Source: an uncultured Acidobacteriota bacterium | Lineage (GTDB): Bacteria; Acidobacteriota; Vicinamibacteria; Fen-336 | Direction of reading: 5' to 3' | Length of the DNA stretch: 64,000 nt | NCBI GenBank assembly: GCA_963720545.1 | Contig: OY970399.1 | Location: forward strand, 1,632,001-1,696,000 | Shown here: positions 52,590 to 64,000 of the stretch, piece after piece | How the letters are laid out: each line of letters begins with the position of its first letter | Numbering within the stretch: the stretch's first letter is position 1 | Position numbers and translations under genes: made by a program | Notes under the pieces: generated by a model | The model's input: the letters and a program-made list of their open reading frames with translations, nothing else | The model's database searches: none | What the model was told of the DNA's origin: nothing

Positions 52590-54209
52590 ATGCTCGACCA
52601 CCTTCAGGAAGGGCGTGAGACGTATGCGCGTCGTGCGTGGCGTGGCGCCTATGAGGCACTGCTCTGCGCCGACGACGCGACGCCCCTGGAAGCGGTCGAT
52701 CTCGAACGGCTGGCAACAGCGGCATACCTCGTTGGCCGCGACCTCGAGTTTCAACGGTTCATCGAGCGCCTCCACAACCTCCATGTCGAGAGCGGCGACC
52801 GGCACCGTGCCGCCCGGTGCACGTTCTGGCTGGCGCTCACCTTGCTGTTTCGCGGCGAAGCGGCTCAGGCGAATGCCTGGACCGCGCGCGGGCAACGGCT
52901 CATCGAGGGCAGCGACTGCGTCGAGCGCGGCTACCTGTTGCTGCCGGCCGCGGCGCAACAGCTTCAGGATGGCCACGCCGAAGCCGCAGAGGCAACGGCC
53001 GGCGACGCGATGGCCATCGGCGAGCGCGGTCGCGATGCCGACCTGACGGCGGCCGCCCGCCACCTGCAAGGGCGCGCCCTAATTCACCGGGGCCTGGTGC
53101 GGCCTGGCCTCACGTGCCTCGACGAGACGATGCTGGCCGTGGTCAGCGGCGAGTTGTCGGCGATCATGACCGGGCTGATGTACTGCAGCGTGATCGAGGC
53201 ATGCCGTGACGTGCACGACCTGCGGCGAGCGCGCGAATGGACGTTCGCGCTGTCCAGCTGGTGCGAGGAACAGTCGGAGATGGTGGCATTCACCGGCGCG
53301 TGCCTGGTGAACCGCGCGGCGATCCTGCAGTTTCACGGCGCGTGGCAAGACGCCCTGACAGAAGCATTTCGTGCATGCGAGCGCGCCGAGCACGCCAACC
53401 GCAGACCCCCGGGCGCTGCGCTCTATCAGCAAGGCGAAATTCACCGCCTGCGGGGCGAGTTCGCCGCGGCGGAGAAGGCCTACCGCGCTGCCAGTCGTCT
53501 TGGCTGCGAGCCGCAGCCCGGCCTGGCATTGCTGCGCCTCGCCCAGGGCCGCACCGATGCCGCGTCGGCGGCAACCAGGCGAATCCTGAGCGTGGCCGGC
53601 GAACATCTGCAGCGCGCGCGGCTGCTGCCAGCCCATTTCGAGATCATGCTGGCCGCAGGCGATCTCGAAGCGGCGCAAAGCGCTTGCGATGAAATCCAGG
53701 GGCTGTCGGAAACGTTCGACACCGATGTCCTCGTGGCGCTTGCAGCTCAGGCGCACGGCGCTCTCGCACTCGGACGCGGCGACGCACGAACCGCGCTCGG
53801 CCGGCTGCGCGAGGCGTTCCGGTTGTGGCAGCGGCTCGAGGCGCCATACGAAGCGGCGCGCGTCCGCGTGCTGGTCGGCGAGGCGTGCCGGGCACTGCTC
53901 GATGGCGAAGCCAGCGCGCTCGAGCTCGATGCCGCCCGCTCGGCGTTCGAGCGCCTGGGCGCCCGGGCCGACCTTGCGCGCCTCGACGCCCCGACCGCAC
54001 CGGGTTCTCCGCCCGCCGGCCCGCTCACCGTTCGCGAACGCGAGGTGCTTCGCCTGATCGCGGCGGGCCATACCAACAAGAGCATCGCCGGCGAGCTGTG
54101 TGTCAGCGAACGCACCGTCGACCGGCACGTGAGCAACATCCTCGCCAAGCTCGCTGTGCCGTCGCGGGCTGCGGCCACAGCGTACGCCTGCACGCACCAG
54201 ATCCTCTGA
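52590..54209 (+). CDS. Large LuxR-family regulator (helical repeats + C-terminal HTH)
   Basis: LTVREREVLRLIAAGHTNKSIA..L.VSERTVDRHVSNILAKL. Confidence 0.9.
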   Translation: MLDHLQEGRETYARRAWRGAYEALLCADDATPLEAVDLERLATAAYLVGRDLEFQRFIERLHNLHVESGDRHRAARCTFWLALTLLFRGEAAQANAWTARGQRLIEGSDCVERGYLLLPAAAQQLQDGHAEAAEATAGDAMAIGERGRDADLTAAARHLQGRALIHRGLVRPGLTCLDETMLAVVSGELSAIMTGLMYCSVIEACRDVHDLRRAREWTFALSSWCEEQSEMVAFTGACLVNRAAILQFHGAWQDALTEAFRACERAEHANRRPPGAALYQQGEIHRLRGEFAAAEKAYRAASRLGCEPQPGLALLRLAQGRTDAASAATRRILSVAGEHLQRARLLPAHFEIMLAAGDLEAAQSACDEIQGLSETFDTDVLVALAAQAHGALALGRGDARTALGRLREAFRLWQRLEAPYEAARVRVLVGEACRALLDGEASALELDAARSAFERLGARADLARLDAPTAPGSPPAGPLTVREREVLRLIAAGHTNKSIAGELCVSERTVDRHVSNILAKLAVPSRAAATAYACTHQIL

Positions 54210-54227
54210 CAAGACCGCGGCCTGGCG

Positions 54228-54269
54228 GAAATTACCCACGCCGCTGCGGCGGGCAATTTGGGTGGTTTC
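54228..54269 (+). promoter_or_regulatory. Nested inverted repeat, candidate LuxR operator or leader
   Basis: GAAATTACCCA ... TGGGTGGTTTC enclosing CGCCGC-T-GCGGCG. Confidence 0.45.
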
Positions 54270-54346
54270 GCCGATGCGCGCCCGCGGCGCGCGTGCCACT
54301 TTCTAAGGGCGGGAATCTTCCCGCGCTTCGGACGCGAGGAACTGCC

Positions 54347-55258
54347 ATGAACACGACGTACGCGCATTCAAACCAAACCCCGGCGGCGCAGGACGTGCGG
54401 GACCGACTGCTCGCGCGCTTGCCGGCGATCGAACGACGGTTGTCGCTCAACGGCATCGCGACGGCTGTCCTGGACGGCGGTGCCGACGGCACGCCGGTGG
54501 TACTGCTGCACGGTCCGGGCGCGTGCGGCGCCCAATGGGCGCGCTCGATCCGCGCCCTGGTCCCGACCCACCGGGTCATCGCTCCCGACCTGCCGGGCCA
54601 CGGCGCGACGGCCATGTTCGACGGCGTGCCGGACCCTGCGCGAGTCTCCGGGTGGCTCGAGGACCTCATCGACTGCACGTGCGCAGTGCCGCCGGTCCTG
54701 GTCGGCCACACGCTGGGCGGCGCTGTCGCGGCACACTTCGCCAGCACTCACGGCGACAGCGTGGCCGCCCTCGTGCTCGTCGATGCGCTCGGCCTCGTGG
54801 AATTCAGTCCCACACAGGCATTCGGGTCGGCCCTGCATGCATTCCTGTCGGCACCCACGGCGCTCAGCCACGACCGCCTCTGGAGCCAGTGCCTGTTCGA
54901 TGCCGCCGCCGTCGCAAAGCGGTTCGGTGAGGAGTGGGCCCTCATCAAGGCGTACAGCCTCGCGTGCGCGCAACAGCCGGAGAGACTCGCAGCACTCGGC
55001 GCGTTGATGGCGCAGTTCGGCCTGCCGGCCATCTCGCCGGCGACATTGAAGGCCATCAAGCCGCCCACGACGCTCATCTGGGGCCGGCACGATCGCGCGA
55101 CCGCACTGGCGGCGGCTGAGGAATGCGCCAGGCGCTATCGATGGAACCTTCTGGTGATCGACGGGGCCGCGGACGATCCGACACTCGACCAGCCCGAGCT
55201 CTATCTCGCCGCACTGCGCCGGGTTCTCGAATCGGCGGCCATCCGCCGCGCGAGCTGA
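54347..55258 (+). CDS. Alpha/beta hydrolase fold protein with atypical triad
   Basis: VLLHGPG, PDLPGHG, GHTLGG, IWGRHD, AADDP. Confidence 0.82.
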   Translation: MNTTYAHSNQTPAAQDVRDRLLARLPAIERRLSLNGIATAVLDGGADGTPVVLLHGPGACGAQWARSIRALVPTHRVIAPDLPGHGATAMFDGVPDPARVSGWLEDLIDCTCAVPPVLVGHTLGGAVAAHFASTHGDSVAALVLVDALGLVEFSPTQAFGSALHAFLSAPTALSHDRLWSQCLFDAAAVAKRFGEEWALIKAYSLACAQQPERLAALGALMAQFGLPAISPATLKAIKPPTTLIWGRHDRATALAAAEECARRYRWNLLVIDGAADDPTLDQPELYLAALRRVLESAAIRRAS

Positions 55259-55262
55259 CGCC

Positions 55263-56489
55263 ATGTACGACGCGATCGTCATCGGCGCGCGATGCGCCGG
55301 CTCGCCAACGGCAATGCTCCTTGCGCGCAAGGGGTATCGGGTGCTCCTGCTCGACAAGGCAGGTTTTCCAAGCGACACGCTCTCGACGCACATCGTCTGG
55401 CCGCACGGCGCCGAACTCCTGAATCGCTGGGGGTTGCTCGATCGGCTCGCGGCGACTGGCTGCCCGCCTATCGCACGCCGAATGATCTTCGACCTCGGCC
55501 CGTTTGCGTTGCGGGGTGCGGTCACGGACGCGAACGCCGGACGCGGCGGGTTCTGCCCCAGGCGGACCGTGCTGGACAAGCTGCTGGTCGACGCCGCGGC
55601 TGCGGCCGGTGCGGAGCTGCGAGAACGGGTGGCCGTGGAGGAGCTCACGTGGGACGGTAACCGCGTCTGCGGCATCAAGGCGCGCACCGCTGCCGGCGCG
55701 TCGCTGGCCGAGCGGGCACGAGTGGTGATCGGAGCCGACGGTGTGCACTCACTGGTGGCGAGAGCCGTGCACGCGCGCGAATACGACGTCAAGCCGCCGA
55801 TCGCGACGTACTACTACAGCTACTACAGCGGCTACCAGGCCGACGACATCGAGCAGTACGTGCGCCCCCAGCAAGGCGCAGGCTTCTTCCCGACGCACGA
55901 CGGCCTGACACTCGTCGCGGGGGTGTGGCCGAACCGGAAGTTCCCGTCGATCCGCGAGGACATCGAAGGGCACTTCCGCAAGCTGCACGAGTCCGCGCCG
56001 AGCGCGGCGGAACGGCTTCGGCGCGCCCAGCGTGTCGACAAATGGTTCGGCACGGCCGGCGTCGCCAACTACTTCCGCAAGCCGTACGGTTCCGGCTGGG
56101 CGCTGGTCGGCGACGCGGGCTACGACAAGGACCCGCTCACGGCCCAGGGAATCAGCGACGCGTTCGTCGACGCGGAGTCGCTGTCCGTGGCGCTCGACGA
56201 AGCGTGGTGCGAACGACGCTCGTTTGACGACTCGCTGCACGACCATCACTCGCGCCGCGATCGCCGTGTCAAGCCGATGTACGACTTCACGTGCCAGTTG
56301 GCGCTGCTGGAGCCGCCGCCGCCGCATTTGCAGGAGTTGTTCGCGGCCTTGAACGGCAATCAGCAAGCCACGAACGATTTCTACGCGGCGCTGACGGGCG
56401 CGGTCCCGCTGCCAACCTTCATGAACCCCGAGAATGTCGCGCGCATCATTGCGCAGTCGCAGCCTGAGGTGTCGGGCCGACTAGTGTAG
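55263..56489 (+). CDS. FAD-dependent oxidoreductase (geranylgeranyl reductase/halogenase-like)
   Basis: IGARCAGS, IGADG..S, LVGDAG..DP..QGI. Confidence 0.85.
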   Translation: MYDAIVIGARCAGSPTAMLLARKGYRVLLLDKAGFPSDTLSTHIVWPHGAELLNRWGLLDRLAATGCPPIARRMIFDLGPFALRGAVTDANAGRGGFCPRRTVLDKLLVDAAAAAGAELRERVAVEELTWDGNRVCGIKARTAAGASLAERARVVIGADGVHSLVARAVHAREYDVKPPIATYYYSYYSGYQADDIEQYVRPQQGAGFFPTHDGLTLVAGVWPNRKFPSIREDIEGHFRKLHESAPSAAERLRRAQRVDKWFGTAGVANYFRKPYGSGWALVGDAGYDKDPLTAQGISDAFVDAESLSVALDEAWCERRSFDDSLHDHHSRRDRRVKPMYDFTCQLALLEPPPPHLQELFAALNGNQQATNDFYAALTGAVPLPTFMNPENVARIIAQSQPEVSGRLV

Positions 56490-56515
56490 GTTGGCGGCCA
56501 TCCAGGGGGTAAGAG

Positions 56516-58554
56516 ATGGCTGAGCTGCGGGTCTCAATGCGCGCGCTGTCGGTGCTGTGCATGTCGCTCGCGGCCTTTGCCCCCTCCGTCGCGGCACAGG
56601 AGCGGCTGCAGAGCAGTGACTTCCTGCGCCTGCGTTCGGTCGGGGCGGTCCGGTTCTCGCCGGATGGTTCGAAGATCGCCTACACGGTCACGAATAACGA
56701 CGGACCGGGCGGCCCGTACTCGCAGCTGTGGCTCGTCGAGACCGCTACCGGCAACTCGACGCGCGTTGGCGACGCGACGAGCCGCGGCAGCCAGCCCGTG
56801 TGGTCGCCGGACGGCCGCAGCATCGCCTACATGGGTTCGACGAGCGGCAGGTCGGGCCTGATCGTCGCGCGCGGCAACGGAACATCGCCGTCATGGATCG
56901 CCGACGTCGCCGATACCAACAGCAGTGCGCTGACGAACACCGGCCGGACCATTGCCTGGTCGCCCGACTCGAAGACGATCGCGTACGTGCACGCGACACC
57001 CGGACCGGAGACGAAGGACGCGAGCGGCGACCCGATGGTAATCACGCGCTTTCTCTACAAGCCCACGTTGACCGAGGGCAACACGCGCTTCAACGACAAT
57101 CGCCGCCTGCATATCTTCCTGCTCGACGTGGCCACCGGGCGTTCGCGCCAGCTGACGGATGGCGTAAGCGACGAGCACTCGATCGACTGGTCGCCGCAGG
57201 GTGACGAGATCGTGTTCGTCTCGAACCGCGAGCCGGACGCGGACCAGTTCTTCAACAACGACCTGTTCACGGTGCGCGTCGCAGACGGCACGACAAGGCG
57301 CCTCACCGCGACCGAGAACGCAGAGTACTGGCCCGTGTGGTCGCCCGATGGGCGAACGATCGCCTACCAAGGAACGAAGCGCGGCCTCACCGATCTCGAG
57401 ACGACGATGGAAGACACGCACGTCTGGCTGATCGATGCCGATGGCGGCAATCGCCGCGAGGTCGGGATCGGAATCGACAACCGTCAGGGGCCGCCAGCCT
57501 GGGCGGCCGACGGCAAGTCGTTGTACTTCACCGTACAGGAGCGCGGCACCGTGAAGCTGTGCCGTTTGCCAATCGCCGGCGGCGATGTGCAGCCCGTGGT
57601 GGCCGAACGCGGCACCGTTGGCCAGTTCGACGTGGCGGGCGACCGCGTCGCGTACTCGCTTGCGACCACGCGCGACCTGCCACAGCTTTACTTCGCAACC
57701 GCTGCCGGCACGGCGCCCAAACAAGCCACCGACCTCAATGCCGCGGTGCTGGCGGGCAAGACGTTGGGCGAGGTCGAGTCTTTCAGCTTCGTCAGCAACG
57801 ACAACAAGTTCAACGTCGAAGGCTTCCTGACAAGGCCCGTGGGCATGAGCGCCTCTTCGCGGCATCCGCTCATCGTGATGATCCACGGCGGACCCCACGG
57901 CCAGCAGGGGCCCGCGTTCAACTTTCAGAGCCAGGCCTATGCGGCGCGCGGTTGGGCAACGCTCATGGTGAACTACCGGGGTTCGACCGGATACGGACAG
58001 GCGTTCACCGACGCCATCTTTCGCGACCAGGACGGCGACGAGGCCCAGGACGTGCTGTACGGCGTGAACGCGGCTATCAGGCGCAACCCGTGGATCGATC
58101 GCGGCCGCCTCGGCATCGAGGGCGGCAGCTACGGCGGCCAGCTTACGGCGTGGCTCATCACCCAGACGCACATCTTCAAGGCGGCGATTCCCAACCGCGC
58201 CATCATCAACCTGGTCAGCTACAACTACATGACTTACTACAACCAGTACGAAGAAATGGAGTTCGGCATGCGTCCGCACCAGGCGGACCTGATGGACGAA
58301 CTATGGAGGCGCTCACCGCTGCGCTACGTCGCGCAGGTGAAGACCCCGACGATGTTGATTCACGGCGAGAACGACAACGACGTGCCGATCGCCGAGTCCG
58401 AGCAGTTCTACATCGGCCTCAAAGACGTGGGCGTCGAGACCGTGATGCTGCGCTATCCGCGCGAAGGCCACGGCCTGCGCGAGCCGAAACACGTGGTCGA
58501 TGCCATCGATCGCTCGGTCGCCTGGTACGAGCGCCACTTTCCGGCGCAGGCGCG

Positions 58555-58558
<4 letters not shown>
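56516..58558 (+). CDS. Exported S9 family peptidase with PD40 repeats
   Basis: WSPDG repeats, IHGGPH, NYRGSTGYG, GGSYGG, HGEND, EGHG. Confidence 0.92.
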
Positions 58559-60917
<2,359 letters not shown>

Positions 60918-60921
<4 letters not shown>

Positions 60922-62444
60922 GGCTGCGAGCGAGTGAAGGTGAGCGTCTGGATCTGCGGCGCCTTCGTGGGCGCGAGCAGGACGTGCCCCTTCACGCGAC
61001 CGCGCTCGCAGGTCCAGGTGAAGTCGCCCGCAAGCGCACCTGTCGGCACGATCGGTGCGGCGGTTTCACAGGCGCCCACCTCTGCCTTCAGCTCGGCGAG
61101 GTCGCGAGCCCGCTGGTCCGCGTCGCGGTCCATCAGGAAGTTCATCGCCAGCACATCCCCGGCGGACGCTACCGATCCCGCAGCGAACATCTTCACGGCC
61201 GCGCCGTAGGCACTGGTCAGCGCGGCTGACGGCGTCGAGGATCGCTGCTTCAATCGGGCCGCGCGCAACAGCGTGACTGCCGCATCCCGCACCCGCCCAC
61301 CCGGCCCTGCGTAGGTGCGATTGGCAAATGCGAAGATGCCGACGCCGTAATCCGGCAGCAGCAGCAAGTTCGATCCGTAGCCTGGGTAACCGCCGCTGTG
61401 ACTCAGCGTGAAGGCGAACTCACAGTCGGTCGCCGCGACAAAACCCATCCCGTAGGTCGACGCTTCACGACAGACCTCTGCTCCATTCGCCCCCGGGCGC
61501 TGCCGAATGGACGCGAAGTTCGCTCCTTGCGCCAGCTCACGCACGCTCGAACGTCGCACAGGCCCGCTGTCCGCGTCGTCGCGGGGGGGCCACGCGGAGA
61601 GGAGATAGGAAACCCACCTGGCGTAGTCGGCGGCGCTCGTCTGGACACCGCCGATCGAGCCGAAGGCACCGTGCGCCATGGTCGGCTCGAGTTTCCACTT
61701 GTTGTCTTCCCAGCGGTACCCGAGCGCACGACGATCCTGAGGAGAGGCCGACACGTCGTACCCGCTGGCCGTCATGCCAAGGGGTTTCATCAGCATTCCC
61801 TCGACGAAGTCCTTGTAGGGCTGACCGGAAACGTTGGCGACGACGCGGCCGAGTATCGCGTAGCCGAGATTCGAGTACTCCATCGCCGTTGCCGGCGGTC
61901 GCGTGAATGGCACGCCGTCGCTGAGAAGTCGGGTGAAGTCGTCCTCGGGCATCGGCGTCTGCCGATCGCCCCACGGATCGTCGGTGACCAGGCCTGCGGT
62001 GTGCGTCAGCAGCTCGCGCACTCGAATCTTCGGCGAGTCGGCGGTCGGGTACTTCCACCCTCGCATTTCCGGCACGTACGTTTCGACGGGTGCATCGAGC
62101 GACAGCTTGCCCTCGTCCCGCAGCTTCAGGATCGACAACGCCGTGAACGCCTTGGTCATCGACGCGATGCGAAACAGCGAATCGGCATTCACGGGCCGCT
62201 TCTTTTCCAGATCCTGCACGCCAGCGCCCTTCACATGCACCAGCCGGCCATCCTGTACGATGCCCCACACCATGCCGGGAATGTGCGCATCGAGCCGGTA
62301 GTTCTCCATCGCCTTGTCGATGTCGTCGAACACTGCGTCGTCCTGTGCGACGGCGGTCTGGACGAAGACTCCGCTGATGACCATTACCGCAATCGCGGTG
62401 GCCGGACCAAGGACGCGACTGGGGCGACCTGACAGCTTTGACAT
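60918..62444 (-). CDS. Serine hydrolase, beta-lactamase family
   Basis: FRIASMTK (SxxK), LLTHTAG, YSN, HSGG; signal peptide; GAGGAG RBS. Confidence 0.88.
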
Positions 62445-62538
62445 GACACTCCTCAAACCGTTCAAGACGATTGGTGCGAAAGCCGGCCAGGCGTGATCGC
62501 GACTGGATGGCTACACACGACGGAGCGTAGCGACGGAG

Positions 62539-62628
62539 TGGCGGAGAGGGTGGGATTCGAACCCACGATACCCTTACGGGTATAGCAGTTTTCGAGACTG
62601 CCCGCTTCAACCACTTGCGTACCTCTCC
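62539..62628 (-). tRNA. tRNA-Ser(CGA)
   Basis: GGAGAGGTA...GCAGTCTCGAAAACTGC...long variable arm...GGTTCGAATCC...CCGCCA. Confidence 0.96.
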
Positions 62629-62684
62629 GTTGCTGCTGGCTCTTGCGGAAGGGCGATTCTACCAGCGTTCAGGGGCCGTTCCCG

Positions 62685-63155
62685 TTAGCGGCGGCGGGCG
62701 AAGAAGGCGGTGACGAGGGCTCGGCATTCCTCTTCGGCGATACCGGAGCGCACCGCGAAACGGTGGTTGCCGGGAAGGCGTTCGGCGTCCATCACGGACT
62801 CGATCGCGCCGAACTTCGGCTCGACGGCGCCGTACACGACCTCGGCGACGCGGGCCTGCATCAGGGCGCCGACGCACATCAGGCACGGTTCGAGCGTGAC
62901 GTAGAGGGTCGCTCCCACGAGACGATAGTTGCGGATGCGCCGCGCGGCACTGCGCAGTGCGACGATCTCCGCGTGCGCCGTCGGGTCGCGCGCGCTGATC
63001 GGCCGGTTGAAGCCGGCTGCGAGGACCGCGCCGTCCAGGGCGAGCACCGCGCCGATCGGCACCTCCCCCGCCCGCTCCGCGCGTCGTGCTTCGCGGAGCG
63101 CAAGCGCCATGCCGCGTTCGTCATCGAGCGGTGCGAGCGGCGATTTCAATGCCAC
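62685..63155 (-). CDS. tadA: tRNA adenosine(34) deaminase (start uncertain)
   Basis: GEVPIGAV, DPTAHAE, TLEPCLMC, FFARRR. Confidence 0.93.
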   Translation of the reverse strand: MALKSPLAPLDDERGMALALREARRAERAGEVPIGAVLALDGAVLAAGFNRPISARDPTAHAEIVALRSAARRIRNYRLVGATLYVTLEPCLMCVGALMQARVAEVVYGAVEPKFGAIESVMDAERLPGNHRFAVRSGIAEEECRALVTAFFARRR

Positions 63156-63270
63156 GTTGAGTTTTTGATAATGCGATGTTGCAGATTTGATGACACGCGA
63201 CCTCAAGTCCTGCCGCAACGAGTGGGCCTAACTGTATGCCATGTCTACGAATCGCGTTTTGGTTGTGTGC

Positions 63271-63286
63271 TGGCATGCGCCCTGCA
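63271..63286 (+). promoter_or_regulatory. Sigma54-type -24/-12 promoter
   Basis: TGGCATG-CGCC-CTGCA with GG-N10-GC spacing. Confidence 0.55.
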
Positions 63287-63306
63287 GTATCAAGCGGCAG
63301 ACGGAT

Positions 63307-63480
63307 AGGGATCGTAAGCCCAAGGCGCACAGGCGCGAGAGCTTCGGTACCCATCGATCGAGGTCGGCGTGGTTTGGAGGGAGCTGCGCCGGCGTCGTCG
63401 AAACGCCACGGTCAAGCGATCGTGGCGGGGTTGAGCCGAAGAAGCAACTGGTCGCCGTAAGCCCGATCCCTTTATTTTTT
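63307..63480 (+). ncRNA. Candidate structured non-coding RNA or leader
   Basis: Long nested hairpin closed by AGGGATCG/CGATCCCT and followed by TTATTTTTT. Confidence 0.5.
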
Positions 63481-63500
63481 CCCCTGCTATCCTTCGGCGC

Positions 63501-64000
63501 ATGCACTTTTCGCGCACTTGCGCCGTCCTTGCCGCAGCGTTCCTCTGCTGGTCCTCTCCGGCGCAAGCCGCCGAGCGCAGTCGCGAATTCTGGCGCGACA
63601 TCATTAGTAAGGACTACGCAGTGCCTGCCGGCGAGACCGCCGCGGGGCTGCTGAACGAACTGCTCGATTCGCTCGGCTCGCCCGACCCCGAGGTGCGCGA
63701 CAAGTTCTGCTACGAGATCCCGGCCACGTGGATCTATCGCGACGGCAAGTTGTCGCCCGCCGAACTGGAAGCCTTGCGCCGGCGGCTGCAGGGAAACCTC
63801 GCCGAGAAGATTGGCAGCGCCGGCGACGACAGCGTCTTGCTGCGTTCCTTCTCAGCGCTCGACCTGTCGGTGATCGCTGCGTACGAGAACAAGTCGCCTT
63901 ATCTCGCCCCGGCCGCATTCGCCGACCTGCTGGACGCGGCGCTCCAATACCTCGCGAACGAGAAGGACCTGCGCGGCATCGACCCCGACAAGGGTTGGAT
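63501..64000 (+). CDS. DUF2785-like exported protein (3' end outside the window)
   Basis: Open frame from ATG 63501: signal peptide, LGSPDPEVRD, DDSVLLRSFSAL, EKDLRG.DPDKGW. Confidence 0.75.
   Translation, partial: MHFSRTCAVLAAAFLCWSSPAQAAERSREFWRDIISKDYAVPAGETAAGLLNELLDSLGSPDPEVRDKFCYEIPATWIYRDGKLSPAELEALRRRLQGNLAEKIGSAGDDSVLLRSFSALDLSVIAAYENKSPYLAPAAFADLLDAALQYLANEKDLRGIDPDKGW

Noticed and set aside
63236..63654. Short ORFs between tadA and the DUF2785 gene
   Set aside because: No motifs and atypical codon use; the region is better explained as promoter plus structured RNA

Overview
GC-rich bacterial chromosome segment. The Oar-type TonB-dependent receptor, mglB/mglA next to recR and the overall gene content suggest Acidobacteriota or a Myxococcota-like lineage (inference only). 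Core blocks: (i) an arginine operon argH-X-argC-argD-argF'-argB, where X is a DUF1611-like P-loop protein and ArgF' is an N-acyl-ornithine carbamoyltransferase; (ii) ptrB, an aldehyde dehydrogenase, a deoxyhypusine-synthase-like gene and hldD; (iii) a chorismate mutase-prephenate dehydratase-DAHP synthase triple fusion plus dapC; (iv) a minus-strand tadA-tRNA-Ser-tRNA-Ser-ffs-dnaX-ybaB-recR-mglB-mglA backbone interrupted by accessory blocks. A 7.1-kb island at tRNA-Asn is bounded by a 24-bp tRNA-end repeat, lacks an integrase and carries an arsenic cluster. The strongest hidden signal is a probable selenoprotein: ORFs 30563-31678 and 31700-32431 are in frame across a UGA that sits at a thioredoxin active-site position (U-x-x-S), followed by an fdhF-like SECIS hairpin at matching spacing. 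Other candidates are a possible new N-acylglutamate synthase in a possibly succinylated Arg pathway, a sigma54-driven ~165-nt structured RNA next to tadA, and an elongated SRP RNA. All family assignments come from motif recognition by eye; no searches were run.
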